Below, one piece after another: positions 7,891 through 16,791 of a stretch of 62,695 nucleotides of DNA. Source of the stretch: a virus; the IMG/VR virus record IMGVR_UViG_3300002461_000278, positions 1-62,695 of that record; one strand, given 5' to 3'. The notes beneath the pieces are model-generated. The model was given only the letters and a program-made list of their open reading frames with translations. It was not told where the DNA came from and made no database searches. Position 1 is the first letter of the stretch, and each line of letters opens with the position of its first letter. The position numbers and the translations under genes are program-made.

Positions 7891-9029
7891 ATCACCACTG
7901 TCAGTTTTTCGGCAGCGCGCGTGACGCCGGTGTAGAGCCAGCGCCGCGCGTCGTCCCGGAACACCGAACTTTCATTGAACAGAACGACGTTGCCCCATTG
8001 CGAACCCTGCGCCTTGTGCACGGTGAGTGCGTAACCGAAGGTCATCTGCTGGTACTCCTTGAGCACTTCCCACGTCAGTTCGGCATCACGGCCTGCGAAG
8101 AAGAACGGGTGCAGCTTGACCTCGACAGAGCGCGCGACTTCGCCGGCATCCTCCGGCGCGATCGTCATGCGAATGGCGGCAGCATTCGATTTGCGAAGCT
8201 TCTCGACACGCCACAGCCCGCCGTTAAACAGGCTCTTGGAGCGGTCGTTCTTGAGGCAGACCAGCTTCTCGCCCTGCAGCGGAGTGTCGCGCTTGAAATT
8301 CTTCAGCTCGCGGAATCGAGCGTTCATCTTGGCGCGGGTGGTGTTGCGGCCAACCAGGAGCTGGTCGGCGCCAAGGATTTCCTCGGGCGTAAGCGCGTCC
8401 CGTTTCCAAGGTACGATCCGGCAGGCACCATGGTCGCCATAATCGAGGCCGACGCCATTGCGCACGTCCATCGAGAGCCGGATGATGGGATTTCCTGCTG
8501 CCTGCCGATGCACCTCGGTAAGCATGCTGTCAGGCTTGGCCTCGGTGAAGTAGCCCGCATCCTGCACCGGCGGCAGTTGCGCGGGATCTCCGAGCACCAG
8601 CACCTTCACGCCGAAGCTCAACACGTCCGCGGCCAGCTCGGCACCCACCATCGAACACTCGTCGACGATCAGGAGCTTGGCGTCCTCGAGCTTGCTCGCT
8701 GGATTGAGGATGAAACGGGGCACGCCGCCGCTGGCTTCATCCAAGGTGTAAATCAGGCTGTGCAGGGTCGAAGCGCCATGGCACCCCTTTGACCGAAGTA
8801 CCAGCGCGGCCTTGCCAGTGAACGCGGCGAACAGAACCGCACCCTCGGCGGTGTCCTCCTCGGCTCGCACCAGGTCGCGCACCACCTTGGCGATCGCCAG
8901 CGCCAGCGTTGTCTTGCCTGTCCCGGCATAGCCGAACAGGCGGTAAATCTGAGGCGCATTCTCGGACGCAAACCAATCGGTTGCGTCCTTCAGCGCGGCG
9001 ACCTGCTGCGGTGACCAATCTTGAGACAT
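7887..9029 (-). CDS. RecD/Dda-like SF1 DNA helicase
   Basis: Walker A is GYAGTGKTT and Walker B is LLIVDECSMV. The C-terminal motif is YALTVHKAQGSQW. Confidence 0.88.
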   Translation of the reverse strand: MSQDWSPQQVAALKDATDWFASENAPQIYRLFGYAGTGKTTLALAIAKVVRDLVRAEEDTAEGAVLFAAFTGKAALVLRSKGCHGASTLHSLIYTLDEASGGVPRFILNPASKLEDAKLLIVDECSMVGAELAADVLSFGVKVLVLGDPAQLPPVQDAGYFTEAKPDSMLTEVHRQAAGNPIIRLSMDVRNGVGLDYGDHGACRIVPWKRDALTPEEILGADQLLVGRNTTRAKMNARFRELKNFKRDTPLQGEKLVCLKNDRSKSLFNGGLWRVEKLRKSNAAAIRMTIAPEDAGEVARSVEVKLHPFFFAGRDAELTWEVLKEYQQMTFGYALTVHKAQGSQWGNVVLFNESSVFRDDARRWLYTGVTRAAEKLTVVM

Positions 9030-9038
9030 GGGGGGTCC

Positions 9039-9176
9039 TTACATTGCCGCGACGATTGCGCGGCACTGCCAGTAGGCGTGCCAGCCGGCGGCGTAGATCG
9101 GGTCCGCGTCGTCGAACAGCGGCTCACCTGACCAGGCGTCGTGGAAGCCTTCATGGTAGTTCGGGTGCTGTTGCAT
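9039..9176 (-). CDS. Possible small ORF (45 aa)
   Basis: Hand-translated as MQQHPNYHEGFHDAWSGEPLFDDADPIYAAGWHAYWQCRAIVAAM. It fills the gap between two genes. Confidence 0.3.
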   Translation of the reverse strand: MQQHPNYHEGFHDAWSGEPLFDDADPIYAAGWHAYWQCRAIVAAM

Positions 9177-9183
9177 TTGGGCC

Positions 9184-9462
9184 CTAGAGGTCGTTGAGCG
9201 ATGACGCGGTGATTACATGGGACGCAACAAACGGACGCGCGATCGTGCGGATTTCGGTCGGATCAGCGACCTTGGTTTCTTCCTTCACGCGCTCCTTGCC
9301 GCGCGCGATCGCGCGGAGCATGGCGGCGCGGAAAGCGTCGTTCTGCTCACGGGCTGACAGGCTAAACTTCTCGTCGGTCTCGCCGGCGTCGTCGGGATCG
9401 AGCGGGCAAAAGCCCGCCTTGCGTGTGCGGCGGATTTTGAGGCTGAGATTGTGGCCCGTCAT
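9184..9462 (-). CDS. Hypothetical protein (92 aa)
   Basis: ORF track, with an ATGA overlap to the upstream gene. Confidence 0.55.
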   Translation of the reverse strand: MTGHNLSLKIRRTRKAGFCPLDPDDAGETDEKFSLSAREQNDAFRAAMLRAIARGKERVKEETKVADPTEIRTIARPFVASHVITASSLNDL

Positions 9463-9758
9463 AACTGCTCCTCAGAGCGCTTTGCGGCACGGCGCGCGGC
9501 GGCGAGCAGCATCAAGCCAGCGCGCTTCCGTCCAACTGTGCCGAGGGTGGGAAGAACTTTGGCGAGCCTGATGACCAGGTACGCAAGATCATGGATCGTT
9601 CCAGCGCAGGCGCTGCAGAGCGGTCCCATGAAGTCATAGGTGTAGGCTGGCTCTTTCACCCAAGAGCAGCCTTCCTCGCAGGCGTTGTGCTGCGTGCAGC
9701 CGCAGACGCGGCAATGCAGGCCGTCGCCCTTGATTGGTTTGTTGAGCGGGTACTTCAT
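9459..9758 (-). CDS. Cys-rich hypothetical protein
   Basis: CRVCGC..H..C...C...CSAC pattern in 99 aa. Confidence 0.55.
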   Translation of the reverse strand: MKYPLNKPIKGDGLHCRVCGCTQHNACEEGCSWVKEPAYTYDFMGPLCSACAGTIHDLAYLVIRLAKVLPTLGTVGRKRAGLMLLAAARRAAKRSEEQL

Positions 9759-9952
9759 CGCCCGAACTCCGGGCAGAACACGTCCGGGCGCGGGTGGTTC
9801 TCGATCAGATCCACAACGGCGAGTTCAGCCGTTGCGCCGTGGCCTGTCGCCATCTGCTCGTCTTCCTCGCCCTCGTAGTGAGCTTGGAAGTCGAACTGCC
9901 GTATCGGGATCGGCGGATAGACGTCGGTGACGATGATCTTGGGGCTGGTCAT
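9755..9952 (-). CDS. Hypothetical protein (65 aa)
   Basis: ORF track, with a coupled overlap. Confidence 0.5.
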   Translation of the reverse strand: MTSPKIIVTDVYPPIPIRQFDFQAHYEGEEDEQMATGHGATAELAVVDLIENHPRPDVFCPEFGR

Positions 9953-9979
9953 GCGGCCACCATCGGGCCGCGCGATGCG

Positions 9980-10525
9980 TCAGCCAGCCAGGGCGAGGGG
10001 CTTCGGGTCGAGCTTCGGGCGCCGACCGGCCCATTCGCTGATGAGCGCTTGCTGCTTCCGTCGCGTGACGCCGGGCAGATAGTCACGGAAGATGAGTTCG
10101 ACGGCGTAATCGCAGAACCGCGAGAACTCCGTATCGTCCATGATCGGGAAGGCCGTTGACTTGAGCCGCACCGCAACGCCGGCGCCGACACCGGTGTTCT
10201 TGACCATGATGATCTGGTCGATGAGGCCGGCCTTGAACTTAAGCTCGGCGTGGAGCGCGTCGGGGGCGGCGCCGATCGCTTCGGCGACATGCCCGACGAG
10301 CCCGCGATACCAGCGATTGAGCTTGCTGGTGCGCGCGAACAAAGTCTGCACCTGCATCGGCTCGCTGTGGCGGATGCTGCGCAGACGGTCTTCGTCGAGT
10401 TGGGTAGCCGGGACCAGCGCCAGGCGGCGCCGATCCCGGACCATGCAAAGGTCCATGGGAAGAGATATAGGCTCCTGTTGTGTTTCCGCATGGTTAACCT
10501 CTGCTGATGCCTGCAATTCTTCCAC
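9980..10525 (-). CDS. Hypothetical protein (start uncertain: GTG 10525 or ATG 10456)
   Basis: ORF track. The composition is protein-like and no motif was recognised. Confidence 0.55.
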   Translation of the reverse strand: MEELQASAEVNHAETQQEPISLPMDLCMVRDRRRLALVPATQLDEDRLRSIRHSEPMQVQTLFARTSKLNRWYRGLVGHVAEAIGAAPDALHAELKFKAGLIDQIIMVKNTGVGAGVAVRLKSTAFPIMDDTEFSRFCDYAVELIFRDYLPGVTRRKQQALISEWAGRRPKLDPKPLALAG

Positions 10526-10592
10526 CGCTGCAGGCGCTTACGGTCATCTTCTGACCCGCCCCCTGAGGAGGAGGCGGGCCAGCAGGAAGCTC

Positions 10593-12182
10593 TCAGGCGG
10601 TGGCGACCAGGTCGGCCATCGTCCGCTCGCTGGCGTTCTCAGTGGGCCGGGCCGTCTGGCGGCGCGCGGTCGGTTGCGGCCGATCGGGCTGCTGCGACGG
10701 TGGGGGCATATCGCTTGGGTTGCCCTCGTCGGGTTTCCCGCCATCGGGATTGCCCTTCGGCGGCTCTGCCGGGTCGCTATTGCCACCTTCGTCGCCACCA
10801 TCCCCCGGCTTGGTGATCTTGCCGATTGTGTTCTGGCGGGCGATCAGCGCCGCATTGATGACGTTGGCGTCCTCGTCCTTGAGGCCAGTCAACTGCGCGA
10901 GCTGAATGCCGAAGTGCATGCAGTCGGCCATCGACGCGAGCTGGCCGATGTCGGCGAGCAGCGTGTCCTTGAGCGAGATCTGCGCCGGCGCGGTCGGAGC
11001 ATCGAAGCCGGGGATTTCGTCGCCGATCGCCGTGGTGGTTTTTTCGGGCGCGAACAGGGTGGCATATTGCGAGGGCTTGCCCTTCAATTCGCGGTACATG
11101 CTGTCGTAGCCCATGCGGAGATCGACCAGCGGCAACACTTCCTCGATCTTCGTCCAGGTCATTTCCTCGTCGCCGAAGTGATCGCGCATCAGCTTGATCT
11201 TGGCTTGCTTGTCTTCCTTGCCGGTCGATGGATAGTGCTCGACCATCAAAGTCTGCAATTCGTCGAGGACGACCTTCCTCTGTGTCGATGACCAGTCCTT
11301 CTTCTCGGTCGAGACCGCATGCTGGCTGGTGCGCTTCGTATCGACGCCGAGCTGCTTGCCGCCGAGATTGAGCCGGTTGATGTGCGGAAAGAAGGCGCGG
11401 AACGTCCGGTTGACCATCTGCTCGGTCGTCAGGCGATTCCCGTCGTCATCGTCTGTCGTGAAGATAAAGGTCTTGCCGTCGATCAGGGTCGAGCGGTCCT
11501 TGATGACGTGCGCCTCGCGCCAGAGCTTGGTCACAGATTTGCCCTGGACTTCCTGACGCAGCTCCATCTGAACGAGCAGCGACGGCTCGAAGCCGAATTC
11601 GCCTTCGGCCTTCATCTTAACGCCGGTCTTCTCGAGCTGCTTCTTGCCGTCGTCGTCCTCGAAATAGTCATACTCGAAGCCGGCACGGCCGCAGACGCCA
11701 ATGTGCAGCGCTGAGTTGATGTAGCGATCGCTGAACTTCTGCCAGCCGTCCTCGCCCTTGAGGTAGGACCAATCCTGAAACTGAAGGCGGTACGGAAATT
11801 TGAGCTTGAGCTTTTTGGTCTTTTCCCGAACGTAGCTATCGCAAAGCTCCTTCCAGAAATGCGTGATGGAATCGGCGATGAGAAAGGCCGCGTTCTTCTC
11901 GGCCTCGTCGATCGCGGTGATGAGGTCGGTAAAGGAGCGCGTCTTGGCGACGTGCAGATCGACCCCCATTTCCTTGAAGTCGGGGATGATCCAGTCGCTG
12001 CCGGTCTCGGTGTCGAGAAAAAACACCGGCCGGTTGGCGTATTCGATGTTGAGCTTTTGCAGGTGCTTGACCAGCCCGATCGCGAGCAGGCCACTGGTCT
12101 TGGTCTTGCCTGACCCCTGGAACCCCATGGAGCCTTGCTTGAGATAGGCCGATGTAATCTCGGCCGGCGCGAACAGTGTCAT
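10593..12182 (-). CDS. P-loop NTPase (RecA-like/AAA_24-like early ATPase) with an acidic, Pro/Gly-rich tail
   Basis: Walker A is GFQGSGKTKT, followed by FLIADSITHFW. The protein is 529 aa. Confidence 0.75.
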   Translation of the reverse strand: MTLFAPAEITSAYLKQGSMGFQGSGKTKTSGLLAIGLVKHLQKLNIEYANRPVFFLDTETGSDWIIPDFKEMGVDLHVAKTRSFTDLITAIDEAEKNAAFLIADSITHFWKELCDSYVREKTKKLKLKFPYRLQFQDWSYLKGEDGWQKFSDRYINSALHIGVCGRAGFEYDYFEDDDGKKQLEKTGVKMKAEGEFGFEPSLLVQMELRQEVQGKSVTKLWREAHVIKDRSTLIDGKTFIFTTDDDDGNRLTTEQMVNRTFRAFFPHINRLNLGGKQLGVDTKRTSQHAVSTEKKDWSSTQRKVVLDELQTLMVEHYPSTGKEDKQAKIKLMRDHFGDEEMTWTKIEEVLPLVDLRMGYDSMYRELKGKPSQYATLFAPEKTTTAIGDEIPGFDAPTAPAQISLKDTLLADIGQLASMADCMHFGIQLAQLTGLKDEDANVINAALIARQNTIGKITKPGDGGDEGGNSDPAEPPKGNPDGGKPDEGNPSDMPPPSQQPDRPQPTARRQTARPTENASERTMADLVATA

Positions 12183-12187
12183 GACGC

Positions 12188-12535
12188 TTACTCCTTCGTT
12201 GGTTGCGGTGCAGTCTCACGCGGTCGGACCTGGACGGTCCTGTTGACGTGATTGGTGAGGCTCGCGAGACGGCGCGCGGCGGCTTTCATCAGCGCCAGTT
12301 GGCCTTGCTTGCGGGCAAACTTGAGATCAGCGAAGGCGAGCTGCGCGGCATCGAGCGCGGGGCCCACTTCGTTGAGGATGAGGGTCAGGCCGGGCAGCAG
12401 CTCGTCGCTGGCTGGCGCGGCTCCTTCCCGCCCGGCATCGAAAAGATCGAGAGGCGACGGCTGTTGCTTGGGAGGGCTAGGCACGTCGTCGCGATCGCCG
12501 GGCGGGAGTGCAAAGGCAGCGTTGGGTCCGCTCAT
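12188..12535 (-). CDS. Hypothetical protein (115 aa)
   Basis: Trimmed to ATG 12535. The upstream extension is Arg/His-rich junk. Confidence 0.5.
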   Translation of the reverse strand: MSGPNAAFALPPGDRDDVPSPPKQQPSPLDLFDAGREGAAPASDELLPGLTLILNEVGPALDAAQLAFADLKFARKQGQLALMKAAARRLASLTNHVNRTVQVRPRETAPQPTKE

Positions 12536-12663
12536 GCAGCTTTCTCCTGTGTGAGCTGACGCAGGGGGCACGCGGAATCCATGCAACGGTCGGGCAGGTC
12601 GAGCTTGTCTGCCGGCACGGAAAGCCGGCAGAGGGCGCATTTGTGGGTGGCGGGTGAGGACAT
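12532..12663 (-). CDS. Possible Cys-containing mini-protein (43 aa)
   Basis: Hand-translated as MSSPATHKCALCRLSVPADKLDLPDRCMDSACPLRQLTQEKAA. It has an ATGA overlap with the next gene. Confidence 0.3.
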   Translation of the reverse strand: MSSPATHKCALCRLSVPADKLDLPDRCMDSACPLRQLTQEKAA

Positions 12664-12678
12664 GTTGTTGCCCGCGAA

Positions 12679-13002
12679 TTACGCGAAGTCTTCCTTCGGC
12701 CCCTGAATGATGACCTCCGGCATGGCCGTGGTGATCATGTCCGCCAGCTCGCGCAGCGTTGACGCGCAAGCCTTCGCCTTCGTCTGGTTTTCTTTGAGGG
12801 TGGCGAGATAATCGAAGCCCGTTGAAATCTTGATCTCGGTCCCGGTCTTGATGTCATGGCGGTCATCGAAGCCGATGGCGTCTTTGAACTTCCGTTTCGT
12901 CTCGCCGTAGAGCGGGTAGCGACCGAAACCCGTAATCAGGCCGATCTCGTCAAGCGTGATCTGGCAGAGAAAGCCGTTGTTGGTGGTTCCGACGATCTTC
13001 AT
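12679..13002 (-). CDS. Hypothetical protein (107 aa)
   Basis: Start placed at ATG 13002 (MKIVGTTNNGFLCQITLDEIG...). Confidence 0.55.
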   Translation of the reverse strand: MKIVGTTNNGFLCQITLDEIGLITGFGRYPLYGETKRKFKDAIGFDDRHDIKTGTEIKISTGFDYLATLKENQTKAKACASTLRELADMITTAMPEVIIQGPKEDFA

Positions 13003-13024
13003 TTCGAATACTCCAATCTTGGTG

Positions 13025-13405
13025 CTAGGCGTGCGCCAGCGCATGAGCGACGTCGGCGACGGCGTGACGGCCGGCGTTGTCCTTGATCGCGATGAAGCTC
13101 TCCGCGAGCTTCAAACCGCACGGCGTGGCGATCATCTGGCCGATCAGATCCGCGCCTTCGGTCTTGGGCTTGCCGGCGGGCTGCTCGTCGAAGAACCACG
13201 ACACCGGGCGATTGAGGATCTCGGCGATCTGCGCCAAGCGGCTCGAGCCGATGCGGTTGGTGCCTTTCTCGTACTTCTGCACCTGCTGGAAGGTGAGGCC
13301 GAGACGCTTGCCGAGCGCTTCTTGGCTCATCTTTTCAATCAGCCGTGCACTGCGCACGCGCTGGCCGACGAATACGTCGGTCTTGTTCGGGGGGCTCTTG
13401 GGCAT
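13025..13405 (-). CDS. XRE-family HTH transcriptional regulator
   Basis: VGQRVRSARLIEKMSQEALGKRLGLTFQQVQKYEKGTNRIGSSRLAQIAEIL. Confidence 0.85.
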   Translation of the reverse strand: MPKSPPNKTDVFVGQRVRSARLIEKMSQEALGKRLGLTFQQVQKYEKGTNRIGSSRLAQIAEILNRPVSWFFDEQPAGKPKTEGADLIGQMIATPCGLKLAESFIAIKDNAGRHAVADVAHALAHA

Positions 13406-13411
13406 GTGACA

Positions 13412-13612
13412 CTACTCCGGTTGGTGGTGGTGGTTAGTCGGCGGCTCCGCGTTGATCGCGGTGTCTTCTTGGTCCTGCCGACGATCGCGGCAGGGCTCGC
13501 AAAGCGTGATTGTTTGATGAAGGCGGCGCATGTTGCCGATCTCGACGAAGCATTCCGCATCGTCGTCGCTGTCGATCGGGCGGTCGCAGCCTTCGCAAGT
13601 GACCATGCTCAT
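13412..13612 (-). CDS. Zinc-ribbon mini-protein
   Basis: CEGC...CEPC pattern in 66 aa. Confidence 0.55.
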   Translation of the reverse strand: MSMVTCEGCDRPIDSDDDAECFVEIGNMRRLHQTITLCEPCRDRRQDQEDTAINAEPPTNHHHQPE

Positions 13613-13926
13613 GACGCGCTCCGCACGACGGCAAGCGCCTGGTCGTAGCCTTTGTCGTCAAGCCAGTCGGTCGCCAGATCGTGCACATGATCGGGCGCGA
13701 GCCCGATGCCGTCGCCATCGATCAGCTCGGCGCGCACCAGCTCGAATTCGTCCGGATAGCCGGGATCGCCGCCCGAGACGTGGCAGATGGTCGGCGCTGC
13801 GCCCTTGACCGTGTGCTTGAACACGACCTCGATCTTGAGGTTGGCAACCTCGCGTTCATCCTCGGGCATCCACGACGTGCGGAAGCTGTAAGGAATTTCG
13901 GCTGTGATGGTGTGGTGCTGGCTCAC
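13609..13926 (-). CDS. Hypothetical protein (105 aa)
   Basis: ORF track. The GTG start forms a GTGA overlap. Confidence 0.6.
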   Translation of the reverse strand: MSQHHTITAEIPYSFRTSWMPEDEREVANLKIEVVFKHTVKGAAPTICHVSGGDPGYPDEFELVRAELIDGDGIGLAPDHVHDLATDWLDDKGYDQALAVVRSAS

Positions 13927-15119
13927 AGCGGCGCACCACCAAGTTCTTCGCCGATCGAGATCAGGCGCGTGAGCAGGTAGGTCTGCATGCCACGGGTTTC
14001 GTCCTCGTAGCCGTGCCGAAGATGGATGAACTCCTCAATCAGCGTGGCGGCGACCATCTTGGTGCCTTGCTGGAAAGCCTGCCGCGCGATGTAGATGCGA
14101 CCGCCTTCCGCGCAGCCGTAGATCCCGGCGCCGAGCGTGTCCGTGACGATTAGCTCGTATTCGCCGACCGGGAAGCCGAGGCTCTGGCTGAATGCCATGG
14201 CGCGCTCAAGCATTTCCGCTTCGACGCCGCGCAGAACCGTCGTCGCCGGCGTGAGCTTGGCGCGCTCGGCCTCCTTGTACCGGATGACCGCGCTGTAATT
14301 CGTGCGGGCAGCACGGTCGGTCATCAAGCAGGAGACGGCGTTGTTGAAGGACGGTGCCGGTTTGGCCGGTCCCCACGGATCCTTGAAATTGATCTCGTGC
14401 TCGAAGTGCTTTTCTTCGGCAGTCAGAACACGCTTGAGGAAGTCCTGGTCTTCGCACTCGAGGAAGTCGGTCGCCAGATACATCGGCAGGAACGACGCGT
14501 ACTTCGCGGTGCGATCTTCGGTCAGGTCGATCGCACGCGTGAAATTGTAGGTGAACATCGACGCCTTCCCCTTGGGGAAGCGGTGCACCAGGACGCCGCG
14601 ATAGAACGCGCCGCAGGCCTCGCCCTTGTGCACGTCCACGCCCTCGAGCTTGAGGAAGGGTTCGCCCTCGAGCAGGAAGATGTGGCGGTTGTTGTGCTGC
14701 GTGAGGAACTCGTCGCCCTCGACGATGAAGCGGGTGACGCCTTCCGCGGGCGCCGGGATCTCGCTGGCGACGTCGACGGTGCCGTCTTCGTCCTTCGTGT
14801 TGCAGTACAGCTCGCGGTACGCCATCCACACGTCCCACGTCTTGCCGAGCTGGTCGGTAAAGCCGAGGGGCGAGCCATCCATCGTTGCGAGCCGGAACGG
14901 CGTGCCGCGAATGGTGTGCTCGGTGAGCAGGAATTCGTGCTGCTTGAGGCCTGCCTGCAGCGTGACCTTGTGGCCAGTGCGCAGGAGGATCGCCAGCGCG
15001 TACTTGAGACCGGTGCCGAAGAAGCCGATCGGATGATCGCCTTCTTTAACGCTGACGCCGAACGTCTGGATTGTCAGCGGATCAATCTCGCCGTCATTCT
15101 CAAAAACCACGTAGCTCAC
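13923..15119 (-). CDS. Hypothetical 398-aa protein with a GHKL G2-box-like motif
   Basis: GTG at 15119, 6 nt after GGGAGG. The motif IGFFGTGLKYA sits near the N terminus. No Asn box was seen, so ATPase identity is unproven. Confidence 0.6.
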   Translation of the reverse strand: MSYVVFENDGEIDPLTIQTFGVSVKEGDHPIGFFGTGLKYALAILLRTGHKVTLQAGLKQHEFLLTEHTIRGTPFRLATMDGSPLGFTDQLGKTWDVWMAYRELYCNTKDEDGTVDVASEIPAPAEGVTRFIVEGDEFLTQHNNRHIFLLEGEPFLKLEGVDVHKGEACGAFYRGVLVHRFPKGKASMFTYNFTRAIDLTEDRTAKYASFLPMYLATDFLECEDQDFLKRVLTAEEKHFEHEINFKDPWGPAKPAPSFNNAVSCLMTDRAARTNYSAVIRYKEAERAKLTPATTVLRGVEAEMLERAMAFSQSLGFPVGEYELIVTDTLGAGIYGCAEGGRIYIARQAFQQGTKMVAATLIEEFIHLRHGYEDETRGMQTYLLTRLISIGEELGGAPL

Positions 15120-15304
15120 TGGAAGCCTCCCTTGTCTGTTGGACGAAACGACAGGCCCTGCGCCGCGTAGATCACGGCGAGGCCGAGCAGAATTGCGAGA
15201 ACGATGGCGAGGTCGCTGAGAAGCGCGGGCAGCGACACGGGCTGTCCAAAGGCCAGCACCATGCCGGCGACGACCACGACCGATATGACGACGTCGCGGA
15301 TCAT
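15116..15304 (-). CDS. Small two-TM membrane protein (62 aa)
   Basis: MIRDVVISVVVVAGMVLAFG...LAIVLAILLGLAVIYAA. It has a GTGA overlap with the next gene. Confidence 0.5.
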   Translation of the reverse strand: MIRDVVISVVVVAGMVLAFGQPVSLPALLSDLAIVLAILLGLAVIYAAQGLSFRPTDKGGFQ

Positions 15305-15588
15305 CGGGAGGGCTCCGCAATTCGGAGGGCGGCGTACAAATCGTGCAGATGCTCGCGCGAGATCGACACGCGATCGGAGCCGTCGATATCCAGTGCGTTG
15401 ACCGCCGCTGCTTGTGCGGCTGCAAAAAGCGCTGGCGCCGCTGTGATGAGACGCGCGTTCGCTGTGGCTTCGTTTGGGTCACGATCTAGCGACAGCCGCG
15501 CTTCTGCGATCTGCTTCCCATCGGGCCCGAGCACGGTCCTGCCACGGACGCCTTCGAGCCGCCACGGCGCGGGTGTGTGCGTGCTCAT
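15301..15588 (-). CDS. Hypothetical protein (95 aa)
   Basis: ORF track, with ATGA overlaps. Confidence 0.6.
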   Translation of the reverse strand: MSTHTPAPWRLEGVRGRTVLGPDGKQIAEARLSLDRDPNEATANARLITAAPALFAAAQAAAVNALDIDGSDRVSISREHLHDLYAALRIAEPSR

Positions 15589-16007
15589 CGCGCGGCCCTC
15601 GCGAGGCCGAGCGGAGGAGTCACTTCCGCCCGGCCTCCCTTGGACGCCACGCCACCTGGTACGCCACGCTTACAGGACAGGTTGACCTTCACGCCGACGG
15701 GCGCATGCGAAGCGATCCACGTCAGCCACTCCTCAAGCTTGTCGCTCTTGGCGGCTTGCACTTCGTCGATGGAGGGCTTCGGACCAAGGAACAGCTCGGC
15801 CTCAGGGACGCCGGGCACGAGCAGCGTGTCGCTTCCGGGCACTTTCGTGCGGCGACCCTTGACCATTTCGGTGCTGTAGCCGTGGCGCGCGACGGAGCAG
15901 ATGAAATCGTGCAGCGCGCGCGGCTCGCCGCGAGCAATCTCGATCGAGCCCTTCGGCTTGCGAGCAGCGAATTCGATGTGGCCTGATGCAAAGCAGACAG
16001 CGAGCAT
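15585..16007 (-). CDS. Hypothetical protein (140 aa)
   Basis: Trimmed to ATG 16007 (MLAVCFASGHIEFAARKPKG...), with a GGAG upstream. Confidence 0.6.
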   Translation of the reverse strand: MLAVCFASGHIEFAARKPKGSIEIARGEPRALHDFICSVARHGYSTEMVKGRRTKVPGSDTLLVPGVPEAELFLGPKPSIDEVQAAKSDKLEEWLTWIASHAPVGVKVNLSCKRGVPGGVASKGGRAEVTPPLGLARAAR

Positions 16008-16012
16008 GGTCG

Positions 16013-16513
16013 TTACTCCGCTTGTTGGAATTCGCGCGCGTGCTGCGCGGCGAGGGTGGGGCTGTCGATCGCGTGCTGTGCGTTCTCGGCGCAGGTATCG
16101 AGGAGGACGGAGCCATTGCCGTCGATCGCGTTGGCGATGACGTCCTTGAAGCACTCGGCAAACTCGCGGGCGTCGGCGCCGAGCGAGCTGCAGCGTGCTT
16201 CCTCGCCTATCGCGAAGATGAGCGGATCGATCGAGCGCGCGACGTGATCGAGATCCTCGCGCAAGCGCTTAAAGTCGACGGCGTCGGCCTGCGCCGGCAT
16301 CGAATAGAAATACGCGCCAGCGAGTTTGCCCGCGGCGCGCACCTGTTGAACTTCGATGTCGGAAAGACCCGCAGCGACCTTCTCGGCCTCCTGCAGCAGA
16401 CGGAAAGCTTGCTGGCGCAGGTCGGTGAACTGGCGGCGCAGCTCGGCGCGGGCGGCAAGCTTTGCCTTGAGCGCGAGCTGGGCGTCGGCGAATGGGGTCG
16501 GCTGGGCTGTCAT
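16013..16513 (-). CDS. Hypothetical protein; first gene of the leftward early operon
   Basis: ATG at 16513, 6 nt after GAGGGA. The N-terminal half looks coiled-coil-like. Confidence 0.6.
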   Translation of the reverse strand: MTAQPTPFADAQLALKAKLAARAELRRQFTDLRQQAFRLLQEAEKVAAGLSDIEVQQVRAAGKLAGAYFYSMPAQADAVDFKRLREDLDHVARSIDPLIFAIGEEARCSSLGADAREFAECFKDVIANAIDGNGSVLLDTCAENAQHAIDSPTLAAQHAREFQQAE

Positions 16514-16537
16514 GGTTGGTCCCTCGATTCGGACACA

Positions 16538-16589
16538 ACCATACATTTGAACTGAATTTTAGGTCAAGCGATATTCAGTCAAACTGAAT
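16538..16589 (-). promoter_or_regulatory. Candidate leftward early promoter overlapped by ATTCAGT/ACTGAAT operator-like repeats
   Basis: On the minus strand: -35 TTGACC (16567..16562), an 18-nt spacer, and -10 TATGGT (16543..16538). There is a perfect inverted repeat ATTCAGT-CAA-ACTGAAT (16573..16589) and a third ACTGAAT at 16551..16557. Confidence 0.35.
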
Positions 16590-16603
16590 GCTCCCATACA
16601 GCC

Positions 16604-16642
16604 CTGTCACGCGTGACTCCCGTGACTCAGCGTGACGTCACG
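16604..16642. promoter_or_regulatory. Operator-like array of GTCAC/GTGAC half-sites (includes GTCACGCGTGAC copy 2 at 16606..16617)
   Basis: CTGTCACGCGTGAC tcc CGTGAC tcag CGTGACGTCACG. That is five half-sites in 39 bp. The second palindrome, CGTGACGTCACG, is at 16631..16642. Confidence 0.6.
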
Positions 16643-16791
16643 CCAGACTAGACGAGACAAATAGCTACCTTCTGAGTTCGGAGCTGCGACAAAAGAGGCA
16701 ACCGACAAGGAAGTGGAAGAAAATTCTTTACGCCGGTTCCCTCGGGCATACTGTAGGGCGCTGGAAAAAAGCCGTTAAAAACAATTACGTA

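Noticed and set aside
13923-15482. The 519-aa version of this ORF.
   Set aside because: - The upstream 120 codons are Arg-rich junk.
- They overlap two well-formed coupled small genes in other frames.
- A GGGAGG-GTG start at 15119 fits better.
16771-16785. A CtrA-type box (TTAA-N7-TTAAC) in the control region.
   Set aside because: The sequence reads TTAA-N6-TTAC. Both the spacing and the second half-site are wrong.
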